In this document: piece after piece, positions 1-10,774 of the stretch
Layout: the number at the start of each line of letters is the position of its first letter
Numbering within the stretch: position 1 is the first letter of the stretch
Source: Gemmatimonadota bacterium
Lineage (GTDB): Bacteria > Gemmatimonadota > Gemmatimonadetes > Gemmatimonadales > GWC2-71-9
Length of the DNA stretch: 64,000 nt
Direction: 5' to 3'
NCBI GenBank assembly: GCA_041498715.1
Contig: JBGQIW010000001.1
Location: 13,554-77,553, forward strand
Notes under the pieces: generated by a model
The model's database searches: none
What the model was told of the DNA's origin: nothing
The model's input: only the letters and a program-made list of their open reading frames with translations
Program-made: the position numbers and the translations under genes

Positions 1-251
1 AGCGTGGCGCCGACCTCGGGGATCATCGCCGCCAGCTCCTCGACCTTCCCCTCGCCGATGAGCGTGGCCGGATTGCGAGAGACGACATGCTGGGAAGCCC
101 GCGCGACGACCTCGGCGCCCGCGGTGTCGACCAGCTGGGCCAGCTCGTCCAGGTGTTCGGTCATGACGCGGGCCTCCGGCGAGCCCTTGCGCGGCGCCGC
201 CACCAGCAGCGCCCGCTCGATCGGATCCCGGATGGTGATCAGCTCGCGAAT
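1..251 (-). CDS. hflX: GTPase HflX, N-terminal part (gene runs off the window start)
   Basis: My own translation of the minus frame gives IRELITIRDPIERALLVAAPRKGSPEARVMTEHLDELAQLVDTAGAEVVARASQHVVSRNPATLIGEGKVEELAAMIPEVGATL. This fits the HflX N-terminal domain pattern (ERAxLV, then ELxxLxxTAGxxVV, then IGxGKxEEL). It is absent from the ORF track because it leaves the window. The 5' end is uncertain; see the finding on the missing canonical start. Confidence 0.7.
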   Translation of the reverse strand, partial: MRELITIRDPIERALLVAAPRKGSPEARVMTEHLDELAQLVDTAGAEVVARASQHVVSRNPATLIGEGKVEELAAMIPEVGAT

Positions 252-330
252 AGGAGGACCGTCCTCAACGGGTGATGGAAGGAAGCGTAAAGGGAATATC
301 GCCGTACTGGTGCACGGAGCGGAATGCGTC

Positions 331-1665
331 TCACTCCGTCTCCTTTTGCTTGGCCCACCAGTCGAGGCGCTCGGCGACCTTTTTCTCATACCCCATGCCG
401 CCCGGAACATAGAAGCTCGTCCCCCGAAGGGCCTCGGGCAGGTACTCCTGGGGGAGGTAGGCCGTGGGCGAATCGTGCGCGTAGCGGTAGCCCGCGCCGT
501 AGCCGAGCTCCTTCATGAGCGGCGTGGGCGCGTTGCGGAGGTGCGCGGGTACCGGTGCTGCCGGCGAGTTGCGGGCAGCGTCCAGCGCCGCGCCGAGCGC
601 CGCCTTGGCGCTGTTGGACTTGGGCGCCGTCGCCAGATAGATCGTCATCTCGGCGAGCGGCAGATACCCTTCGGGCGGTCCCAGCATGTGGAAGGCGTCC
701 CGCGCCGCCACGGCCAGCACCAGCGCGTTCGGATCGGCCAGGCCGATGTCTTCGGCCGCCATCGCGATGGCCCGGCGAAAGAGTGTCATCGGGTCCTCGC
801 CCCCGTCCAGCATCCGCGCCATCCAGTAGAGCGCACCCTGTGGGTCGCTCCCCCGCAGCGACTTGTGGTAGGCGGAGAGCAGGTTGTAGTGCTCCTCACC
901 ACTCTTGTCGTAGCGGGCGAACCGCTTCTGCATCGCTTCCCGGGCCAGGGCCACCGTGATCGCCTGCCCCGGGCCCGCGTGCGCCGCCGAGGCCTCGAGC
1001 ACGTTCAGCGCACGGCGCGCGTCGCCGTCGGCCTCCTCGGCGATGAACGCGAGCGCGTCCGGCTCGGCGGTGACGCCGAGACCGCCGAGTCCCCGCTCGC
1101 GGTCGCCCAACGCCCGTTCCAGCAACACGAGCGTGTCCGCCGGGCCCACCGGCTCCAGCACGAAGACGCGGGTCCGCGAGAGCAGCGCGCCGTTCACCTC
1201 GAAGCTCGGGTTCTCGGTCGTGGCGCCGATGAGCGTGACCGTGCCGTCCTCCGCCGGTGGGAGGAGGCTGTCCTGCTGCGCCTTGTTGAGCCGGTGGATC
1301 TCGTCCACGAACAGGATCGTCTGCGATCCGCCGCTCCCGAGCCGCGCCCTGGCCTGGGCCACGATCTCCCGGATGCGGGGCACGCCTTCGCTGACGGCGC
1401 TGAACGGCACGAACACGCGGTGGGTGGCCCCCGCAATCAGATGCGCCAGTGTCGTCTTGCCCGAGCCGGGGGGGCCCCAGAAGATGAACGAGCCGGGCGC
1501 GCCCCGCTCGATCAGCACTCGAAGCGGCTTGCCGGGCCCGAGCAGATGCTCCTGCCCCACAAACTCGTCCAGCGTGCGCGGGCGCATCCGGTTCGCGAGC
1601 GGCTCTGCCTCCCGGGCGCCCGGGAACAGCGAGACCTCCTCGACGACTCCACGCTTCTGGGCCAT
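331..1665 (-). CDS. rarA: Replication-associated recombination protein A (AAA+ ATPase RarA/MgsA)
   Basis: 444-aa ORF. Walker A is GPPGSGKTT and Walker B region is LFVDEIHRLNKAQQD. The C-terminal MgsA-type helical domain is present (LSAYHKSLRGSDPQGALYW). Confidence 0.93.
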   Translation of the reverse strand: MAQKRGVVEEVSLFPGAREAEPLANRMRPRTLDEFVGQEHLLGPGKPLRVLIERGAPGSFIFWGPPGSGKTTLAHLIAGATHRVFVPFSAVSEGVPRIREIVAQARARLGSGGSQTILFVDEIHRLNKAQQDSLLPPAEDGTVTLIGATTENPSFEVNGALLSRTRVFVLEPVGPADTLVLLERALGDRERGLGGLGVTAEPDALAFIAEEADGDARRALNVLEASAAHAGPGQAITVALAREAMQKRFARYDKSGEEHYNLLSAYHKSLRGSDPQGALYWMARMLDGGEDPMTLFRRAIAMAAEDIGLADPNALVLAVAARDAFHMLGPPEGYLPLAEMTIYLATAPKSNSAKAALGAALDAARNSPAAPVPAHLRNAPTPLMKELGYGAGYRYAHDSPTAYLPQEYLPEALRGTSFYVPGGMGYEKKVAERLDWWAKQKETE

Positions 1666-1717
1666 GGGGGAAACTAGACGGACGGCCGCCTCGATGGGCG
1701 GCTGGGCACCAGGCCCG

Positions 1718-2434
1718 TCACCCGAGCCAGCGAGCCAGCAGCCACTCGCTCAGGCCGAAAGTTGCCACCCCCCCGAAGAAGGCAACGGCCGGGAGACCCC
1801 GGCGGCGCTGCTGGAATTCGGGCACGAGATTGGACGCGGCCACGTACAGCGTCACGCCGGCGGACAGCGCGAGCCCGTGCCGGGCGAGCGGTGTCAGCGA
1901 CTCGGTCAGCACGACGCCGAGCAGCGTTGCAACTCCGAGGCCCACGGCGGACGCGACCGCCCGTGCCCGGCTCTGCCCGCCGGCGAGCATCATGCTGGCG
2001 ATCGTGACGCCCTCCGGCAGCTTGTGAACAATGACGGCGAGAAAGAGCAGGAGTCCCAGCCGCCCCGAGACGAGGAACCCGCTCGCGATCGCCACGCCGT
2101 CGAAAAAGCTGTGCAGCGAGAGACCGATGAGGGCCGTGAGCCCGGTGACCGCGCTCACCCGGTGGGTCTCCTCGCCATAGTGAAAATGCGGGGTCAGGAC
2201 ATGCTGAGCCGCGTGCACGCCGAGGTAGCCGAGGAGAACGTAAATGCCGGCGTCGGCGCCGGCACGGAACACCTCCGGCATGACGCCGAGCAGGGCGACA
2301 GCGATCATGAACCCCGCCCCGAAGGCGATCCCCAGGTCGATGGCGTGCAGACTGCGCTTCAAGTGCCGCACGACCGCCAGCGCCCCGACCACGTTGCCTG
2401 CGGCCGCCGCCAGCGCGAACCCCAGGGGGCTCAC
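1718..2434 (-). CDS. ZIP-family divalent metal (zinc) transporter
   Basis: 238-aa polytopic membrane ORF with the ZIP signatures HSFFDGVAIA and HKLPEGV. Its GTG start overlaps the upstream stop by 4 nt. Confidence 0.8.
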   Translation of the reverse strand: MSPLGFALAAAAGNVVGALAVVRHLKRSLHAIDLGIAFGAGFMIAVALLGVMPEVFRAGADAGIYVLLGYLGVHAAQHVLTPHFHYGEETHRVSAVTGLTALIGLSLHSFFDGVAIASGFLVSGRLGLLLFLAVIVHKLPEGVTIASMMLAGGQSRARAVASAVGLGVATLLGVVLTESLTPLARHGLALSAGVTLYVAASNLVPEFQQRRRGLPAVAFFGGVATFGLSEWLLARWLG

Positions 2435-3654
2435 AGGACCTGCCGGACGAGCGCCGAAAGCTGCTCCCGGGTATTGAGCGACGGATCCGCGAGCACCCGG
2501 TCGAGCAGCCGGTCGAGCACCTCGCCCACGCGCGGGCCGGGCGGGACGCCGAGCCCGAGGAGGTCGTGTCCATCGAGGGCGAGCGCGCCCCGGCTCACGG
2601 GATCACACCGCTCGCGGATCTCGGCCACCAAAGCGGTCCACGGCGGATCGTCGCCTTGCCGGAGCCGCCGGAGCGCCATGAGGTCGTCCGCCGCGGGCCC
2701 GACGGTCGCGAGCCAGCGGCGGACACCGGCCGGCGAGACGTCGGCCGGCTCGGCCGGCGCGCGGGCGACGGCCTCGGCGCGGGCGATTTCCGCGTTCTTT
2801 GCCTTCAGGCGCCGCAGGACCTCGGCCGGCTCGGAGCAGAGCAGCATGGTGAGGAGCACGGGATCCCGGGGCTCGCGGTCCACGTCGGGCGTCGCCGGCA
2901 CCCGGGCGGTCAGCTCCGGGAGCCACACGGCCGCGGCACCCGCCTCCCGCCAGAGCTCCACCAGGTGCGCCACCGATCGCGCGGTCCGGAGCCCCTTGTA
3001 CCACTCGTCACGCACCCGCTCGGCCGACAGCTGTGCCAGACCTCCTGCCGCGGCCCGGGCGGCGTTCCAGGTGGCCGGGTCGATGCGGAACCCGAACCGG
3101 GCCGAGAAGCGAAGCGCCCGGAGAATGCGGAGATAGTCCTCGCGAAAGCGCTCGGCCGGCTCGCCGACCGCGCGAACGACACCGGCGTCCAGATCGGCGG
3201 CCCCGTTGAACGGGTCGCGCCACTCGTGGCGCAGGGGGTGATACGCGATCGCGTTGATGGTGAAATCGCGCCGCGCGAGATCGTGCTCGAGCGAGACACC
3301 ACCGTACGCGACGACGGCGTGGCGGCCGTCGGTGCTGACGTCCCGGCGGAAGGTCGTGACCTCGTGCAGCACGCGCTGTCGGTCGAGCACACCGACGGTG
3401 CCGTACTTGAGCCCCACCTCGACCGTGCGCTTCCGCCCGAAGACGGCCTGGACCTGCTCGGGCATGGCCGAGGTAGCGAAGTCGACCGCGATCCGCAGGC
3501 TGTCCCCGGCGCCCGGCGCCGAGAGAAGGGCGTCCCGGATCGCGCCACCTACACACCAGACGTCGAAGCCCGCGGCGTCGAGCGCACGGGGGATCTCCAG
3601 CACGTCGGCCGGGATGGGAAGCGTGGCGGGGAAAGGCATGGATGAATCGCTCAC
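2431..3654 (-). CDS. cca: Class II tRNA nucleotidyltransferase (CCA-adding enzyme / poly(A) polymerase family)
   Basis: 407-aa ORF with head-domain motifs CVGGAIRDALL and RRDFTINAIAY, followed by a helical body. I cannot separate CCA-adding activity from poly(A) polymerase by eye. An alternative ATG lies at 3639. Confidence 0.8.
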   Translation of the reverse strand: MSDSSMPFPATLPIPADVLEIPRALDAAGFDVWCVGGAIRDALLSAPGAGDSLRIAVDFATSAMPEQVQAVFGRKRTVEVGLKYGTVGVLDRQRVLHEVTTFRRDVSTDGRHAVVAYGGVSLEHDLARRDFTINAIAYHPLRHEWRDPFNGAADLDAGVVRAVGEPAERFREDYLRILRALRFSARFGFRIDPATWNAARAAAGGLAQLSAERVRDEWYKGLRTARSVAHLVELWREAGAAAVWLPELTARVPATPDVDREPRDPVLLTMLLCSEPAEVLRRLKAKNAEIARAEAVARAPAEPADVSPAGVRRWLATVGPAADDLMALRRLRQGDDPPWTALVAEIRERCDPVSRGALALDGHDLLGLGVPPGPRVGEVLDRLLDRVLADPSLNTREQLSALVRQVL

Positions 3655-4610
3655 GCCGCCGAGTAGGGCACGCCGGCGGCGAGACTGAGAGCGAGCTCCA
3701 GGCGCGCCTGCGACGGCGTGCGCGGCCCGGCGGGGACCGCCCCCAGCGCCACGAGGCCGGCCCCGCCCCCCTCGAAGGCGTACGCGGGAACGACGACGCC
3801 CGTGGCGCAGCGACTGGCGAGGACGACCGGCTTCCCCTCGTCGAGCCAGCGCCGGATCGCGGGCACCGCCCCTGGCGGGAGGTTGCCGGCGCCGAACGCC
3901 TCGATCACCACACCGTCGTGGGTCGGCCGCGCGAGGTCAAGCAGTTGGCCCTGGTCGCCCACGACCATCGGAATGAGCGCGATACGAGGATCGAGGTTCC
4001 GGGCCGGGAGCCGGGCGCTCGGGCGGGGCGGCGACACGTAGTCCACCTGACCGTCGGCCACGTGGCCCAGCGGCCGACCGTGCGGCGCAGCGAAGGCGTC
4101 GAGCCGCATGGTGTCGGTCTTGACCGCCTCGTGCCCCGCGAAGACGGACCCCGCGAAGACGACCATCGCGCCGCGGCCGGCGCTCGCCCGGCTCGCGGCC
4201 ACGGTCGCCGCGTCGCGCAGGTTACGGGGCCCGTCCCATTCCGCGTCGCTCGAGGTGCGCATGGCGCCGGTGAGCGCCACCGGCACGGCGGGATCCAGGG
4301 TGCGGGCCAGCAGATACGCGGTCTCTTCCAGCGTGTCCGTGCCGTGGGTGATCACGATGCCGCGCGGCCGCTCACCGTCCACCGTCCCCTCCTGCAGCTC
4401 GCGAATTCGCTCCCGGAGGGCCCAGAGCCGGTCCGGGCCGAGGTGCGCGGCCGGCAGACGGGCCCAGTTCTCGATCCGGAAGGGTGAGATGCGCTCGAGG
4501 CCCGGCGCCAGCGCGACCAACCGCTCACCGCCGTGCGTCGGAACGTTGCCACCGGCCGCGGGGTCGTGCTGCATCGAGATCGTCCCGCCGGTGAAGACGA
4601 GGTGGATCAT
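3651..4610 (-). CDS. ansA: L-asparaginase (type I-like)
   Basis: 319-aa ORF with the asparaginase/glutaminase motifs VFTGGTISM (catalytic Thr) and THGTDTLEETAY. Confidence 0.85.
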   Translation of the reverse strand: MIHLVFTGGTISMQHDPAAGGNVPTHGGERLVALAPGLERISPFRIENWARLPAAHLGPDRLWALRERIRELQEGTVDGERPRGIVITHGTDTLEETAYLLARTLDPAVPVALTGAMRTSSDAEWDGPRNLRDAATVAASRASAGRGAMVVFAGSVFAGHEAVKTDTMRLDAFAAPHGRPLGHVADGQVDYVSPPRPSARLPARNLDPRIALIPMVVGDQGQLLDLARPTHDGVVIEAFGAGNLPPGAVPAIRRWLDEGKPVVLASRCATGVVVPAYAFEGGGAGLVALGAVPAGPRTPSQARLELALSLAAGVPYSAA

Positions 4611-4644
4611 GCGGCGCCGACACTGGAGGAAGCGACCGAGACGG

Positions 4645-5409
4645 TCATTGATCCGTGGACTTGAGGAACCGCCGCAGCCGGTCGAGGAGCGAAGTCCGGA
4701 GCTCGAGCGGCTCGGCGAGCTGGGTCGGCAGGTCCGCGAGAATGGCCGCCGGGTTCCGGGTCGTGAGCAGGTCGGCCTGGACCGCGCCGCCGTGGTCCTC
4801 CAGAAAGCGGCGCCCGGTCAACAGCATTCGGACATCACCGTGGTTGTCGGCAGCCAGCAGGTCCGCGAGCCCCGCGGCGACGAGCTGGCGGGCGCGGTCG
4901 CCTCGGCCCTGGGGGGAGAGCAAGGTCGTCGCGTCCACCTGCATGCGCGCGCCCAGGCTGCGCCAGCGGTGGACCGCGTTCGCCGAACAGCAGCTGTAGC
5001 GCTCCGGGTGGGCGAGCACCGGCACCAACCCGAGCGACACGACATGGACGAGCGCGTTCGTCACCGCCCCCCCGGCCACGAGACGGGGAAATTCGACGAG
5101 GATGTAGCGCGTGCCTCCGAGCCGAATGCTCGCGTTCGCCGCGGCGGTCTCGCTCAGCGGCAGGTCGAGCATCACCTCCGCGCCCCGGTGCAGCCGAGGC
5201 GACCGGGGCGCCGCGGCCTGGAGCAGCTCGAACGCAGCGTCGTGTGCCGCCGGCACGCCGCGCTCCGCTTGTGTCGCCGAAACGTGGGAGGTGAGGCACA
5301 CGTCGGTGACACCGTGCCGCGCCATCTCGTGCAAGGTCGCGACGGCCTGCTCCACCGTCCGCGCCCCGTCATCCACGCCGGGCAGCAGATGGGAATGGAG
5401 ATCGATCAC
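4645..5409 (-). CDS. PHP-family protein-tyrosine phosphatase (CpsB/YwqE-like)
   Basis: 254-aa ORF with N-terminal IDLHSHLLPGVDDGA and the later VLAHPERY motif typical of CpsB/CapC phosphatases. No BY-kinase partner is present in the window. Confidence 0.75.
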   Translation of the reverse strand: MIDLHSHLLPGVDDGARTVEQAVATLHEMARHGVTDVCLTSHVSATQAERGVPAAHDAAFELLQAAAPRSPRLHRGAEVMLDLPLSETAAANASIRLGGTRYILVEFPRLVAGGAVTNALVHVVSLGLVPVLAHPERYSCCSANAVHRWRSLGARMQVDATTLLSPQGRGDRARQLVAAGLADLLAADNHGDVRMLLTGRRFLEDHGGAVQADLLTTRNPAAILADLPTQLAEPLELRTSLLDRLRRFLKSTDQ

Positions 5410-5728
5410 GATCCGGGCCGAGGGGCCAGGAGGATACCTGCCGCAAACCGGCCCAGCTCAGCGGGCGCGTGCTCGGCCTGGGCCAGGAGGGCGAGCGTCA
5501 CGAGCGCGTCGGCAGCCAGCAGATCGAGCGCCACGGATCGATCTCCCGCGGCGGCGAGAACGTGCCGCAGGGCGTTGCCCGCGGCGCGTGCCAGGGTATC
5601 GGCGATCGTCGTTGCGGGCGGGGCGGCCCCGGCGTAATCAATCACCCGCCGCCGGAGCGCGCCGGGGGCCCGCGCGGTGTGCTGGTCCAGCCATGCGTCG
5701 AGCGACGCTCCGGCGGGCTTCCGCGTCG

Positions 5729-5732
<4 letters not shown>
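5406..5732 (-). CDS. Hypothetical small Ala/Leu-rich helical protein
   Basis: 108-aa ORF with GC-rich third codon positions like its neighbours. Its TTG start overlaps the alaS stop (TTGA) and its stop overlaps the next GTG start (GTGA). An alternative GTG lies at 5645. I recognise no motif. Confidence 0.5.
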
Positions 5733-8407
<2,675 letters not shown>

Positions 8408-8477
8408 CGGGCAGAATATAGGGGAGCGCTTCCCGATCAGCTATCAGCCGACGCCCCCGCGGCGCGCGGGCGCGCGC

Positions 8478-9095
8478 CTATCGCAACGCGCCGGCCACGG
8501 CCTCCACCGCCTCGCTGCCGGTGAAGCCTCTTCGGGCAAGAAAGGCGAGCAGCCGCCGCCGCTTGACCGGCCGCGCGAGGTTGCCGAGCTGGGCGGCGCG
8601 CTTGGCGGCGAGGGCCGCCGGCAGCCCCCGCCGGTCGATGTCCGCGGGCCACTGCTCGGCGACGGCGCGGTCCACGATGCCGCGGGCGACCCCCATCGAC
8701 ACGAGATCCCGGACCAGGCGGGCAGGACCGCGGCCGCGCTCGGCCCTGGTGGCGACGTAGTGCCGCGTGAAGGCGGCATCGTCCAGCAGACCGACCCGCT
8801 CGGCCCGGGCCAGCGCGTCTTCCACGGCATCTGCCGCGAGGCCCCGCCGGAGCAGCCGGCGGCCGAGGTCCGACCGGGCGTGCGGCCGGCGGGCCAGCGC
8901 GCGGAGCACGGTGCGGTAGGCGGCTTCAGCGTCCGCGGCCCGGGCGAGCCGCTCCGCGGCCTCCGCCTCGAGCGGTTGCCCGGCTCCGAGCCCCGAGGCC
9001 GCGGTCAGGTCCACGGTGGCGAACGCGCGGCCGTCCACCAGCACGCGAACGCTCCCGGGGCGGCGCGTATCCGGCTCGAGCGCGGTGACGATCAT
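8478..9095 (-). CDS. recX: Recombination regulator RecX
   Basis: The ORF lies directly downstream of recA and has repeated helical RecX modules (RSDLGRRLLRRGLAADAVEDALARAERVGLLDD, and RGPARLVRDLVSMGVARGIVDRAV). The track ORF starts at a GTG at 9122, inside recA. I prefer the ATG at 9095, one nt after the recA TAA. Confidence 0.85.
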   Translation of the reverse strand: MIVTALEPDTRRPGSVRVLVDGRAFATVDLTAASGLGAGQPLEAEAAERLARAADAEAAYRTVLRALARRPHARSDLGRRLLRRGLAADAVEDALARAERVGLLDDAAFTRHYVATRAERGRGPARLVRDLVSMGVARGIVDRAVAEQWPADIDRRGLPAALAAKRAAQLGNLARPVKRRRLLAFLARRGFTGSEAVEAVAGALR

Positions 9096-9096
9096 G

Positions 9097-10149
9097 TTAC
9101 TCGTCCTCCTCCGGGCCGGCACCCACGCCCGCGACCGTCTTCATGCCGAGCACCTCTTTCACCTTGGCCTCGACTTCGGCCATGAGCGCCGGGTTGTCCC
9201 GCACGAAGAGCTTGGCGTTCTCCCGGCCCTGGCCGATGCGCTGATCGCCGTAGGAGTACCAGGCACCCGACTTCTGGATGATCCCCGCTTCCGCGGCCAG
9301 ATCCACCAGCAGCGCGGTGTGGCTGATGCCCTCGTCGAACATCACGTCGAACTCGGCCTGGCGGAACGGCGGCGCGACCTTGTTCTTCACGACCTTCACC
9401 CGCACGTGGCTGCCGATGACCGCTTCGCGCTCCTTGACCGGCCCGATCCGGCGGATATCGAGCCGGAGCGAGGCGTAGAACTTGAGCGCCTTGCCGCCGG
9501 TGGTGGTCTCCGGGTTGCCGAACATGACGCCGATCTTCTCGCGCAGCTGGTTGATGAAGACGACGGCGCAGTTGGATCGGTTGATGGCGCCGGCGAGCTT
9601 GCGGAGCGCCTGGCTCATGAGCCGAGCCTGGAGCCCGAGGTGGCTGTCTCCCATTTCGCCTTCGATCTCGGCTTTCGGGACGAGGGCGGCGACCGAGTCG
9701 ATGACGACCAGGTCCACCGCGCCCGAGCGCACCAGGATCTCGACGATCTCGAGCCCCTGCTCACCAGTATCGGGTTGCGAGACCAGCAGGTTCTCGATGT
9801 CCACGCCGAGCTTTTTGGCGTACTCGATGTCGAGCGCGTGCTCGGCGTCTACATAGGCGGCAACGCCGCCGGCCTTCTGGACGTTGGCGACGAGGTGCAG
9901 ACTGAGCGTCGTCTTGCCGGACGACTCCGGGCCGTAGATCTCGGTGATGCGGCCCCGGGGAACGCCGCCGACACCGGTGGCGGCGTCGAGGTTCATGGCG
10001 CCGGTGGAAATGGCGGCGACCCGCACCCGGGGAGAATCGGCCCCCATACGCATGATCGAGCCCTTGCCGAGCTGCTTCTCGATCTGGGAGATGGCGAGGC
10101 CCAGGGCCTTGCGGCGATCATGCTCGAGTTTGGTTTCTTCGGCGGCCAT
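9097..10149 (-). CDS. recA: Recombinase RecA
   Basis: The ORF starts [36 protein letters not shown], with Walker [10 protein letters not shown] and the motif [14 protein letters not shown]. The track ORF (to 10224) has a 25-codon AT-rich, non-coding-looking extension, so I trimmed it to the ATG at 10149. Confidence 0.97.
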   Translation of the reverse strand: MAAEETKLEHDRRKALGLAISQIEKQLGKGSIMRMGADSPRVRVAAISTGAMNLDAATGVGGVPRGRITEIYGPESSGKTTLSLHLVANVQKAGGVAAYVDAEHALDIEYAKKLGVDIENLLVSQPDTGEQGLEIVEILVRSGAVDLVVIDSVAALVPKAEIEGEMGDSHLGLQARLMSQALRKLAGAINRSNCAVVFINQLREKIGVMFGNPETTTGGKALKFYASLRLDIRRIGPVKEREAVIGSHVRVKVVKNKVAPPFRQAEFDVMFDEGISHTALLVDLAAEAGIIQKSGAWYSYGDQRIGQGRENAKLFVRDNPALMAEVEAKVKEVLGMKTVAGVGAGPEEDE

Positions 10150-10205
10150 GGGTAGAGCCTCGGTATTTATGTGGATGATTTTGCTACACCGATGAACTGC
10201 GAGAC

Positions 10206-10234
10206 AAGATAAAGCCGAAAACATACCGAATCAA
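10206..10234 (-). promoter_or_regulatory. Candidate sigma70-type promoter for recA (TTGATT-17 nt-TATCTT)
   Basis: Read on the minus strand, TTGATT lies at 10234-10229, followed by a 17-nt spacer and TATCTT at 10211-10206. It sits in a locally AT-rich 115-nt gap about 55 nt upstream of the recA ATG. This is a sequence match only. Confidence 0.35.
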
Positions 10235-10264
10235 GAGTGCCTATGTGGCTTGTTTTGCTCCACT

Positions 10265-10678
10265 CTAGATTCGCCAAGCATCCGCCGTGTGCTCCACCAC
10301 CGTCCCGTCCCGACCCTCCCGCACGCTCACCACATCGAATCGGCACACGTCCCCGCGCCGGCCGAACCGCGCCAGCCAGCAGGAGGCCACCCGCGCCAGG
10401 ATCATGCGTTTGCGGGGGGTTACCGCCTCCGCGGGCGTGCCGCAGCACGCAGCTCGGCGACTCTTCACTTCGACGAAGGCAACCACCCGGTCGCGCCGGA
10501 CCACGAGGTCCACATCGTGGCGGCCGAAGCGGAAGCGGTGCGCCTCGACGCTCCAACCGCAGGCAGTGAGGTAGGCGAGGGCGGCAAGCTCTCCGCGGAG
10601 GCCCTGCCGGTGGCGACGGTCTCGCCACATCGAGATGGGGACGAAGCGCTTTCCGGCCGGCATGGGCGCAAGATGCAT
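10265..10678 (-). CDS. yraN: YraN-family (UPF0102) predicted endonuclease
   Basis: 137-aa ORF with the core GELAALAYLTACGWSVEAHRFRFGRHDVDLVVRRDRVVAFVEVKSR typical of UPF0102. The true start may be an internal Met (M6 or M17). Confidence 0.75.
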   Translation of the reverse strand: MHLAPMPAGKRFVPISMWRDRRHRQGLRGELAALAYLTACGWSVEAHRFRFGRHDVDLVVRRDRVVAFVEVKSRRAACCGTPAEAVTPRKRMILARVASCWLARFGRRGDVCRFDVVSVREGRDGTVVEHTADAWRI

Positions 10679-10774
10679 TGCCCGGCCGCACCCGGCGGGA
10701 TCGTTTGGGCGCGCGCGGCACCCTTACTGCTCGAGATGTTGGATTGAATGTGGGGCGCGGGCCCCGGGCTGGTG

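Noticed and set aside
956-3136. 726-aa plus-strand ORF, together with similar long plus-strand ORFs at 5111-7711, 24159-26201, 26951-28873, 29290-32637, 41092-42966, 43526-45823, 45820-48501 and 48243-51428.
   Set aside because: Each lies antisense to a minus-strand gene with unmistakable conserved motifs (cca, alaS, TPR protein, hutH, lptD-like, uvrB, relA/spoT, secA). Their translations are Arg/Gly/Pro/Ala-rich low-complexity strings with no motifs. Long stop-free antisense frames are expected at about 70% GC.
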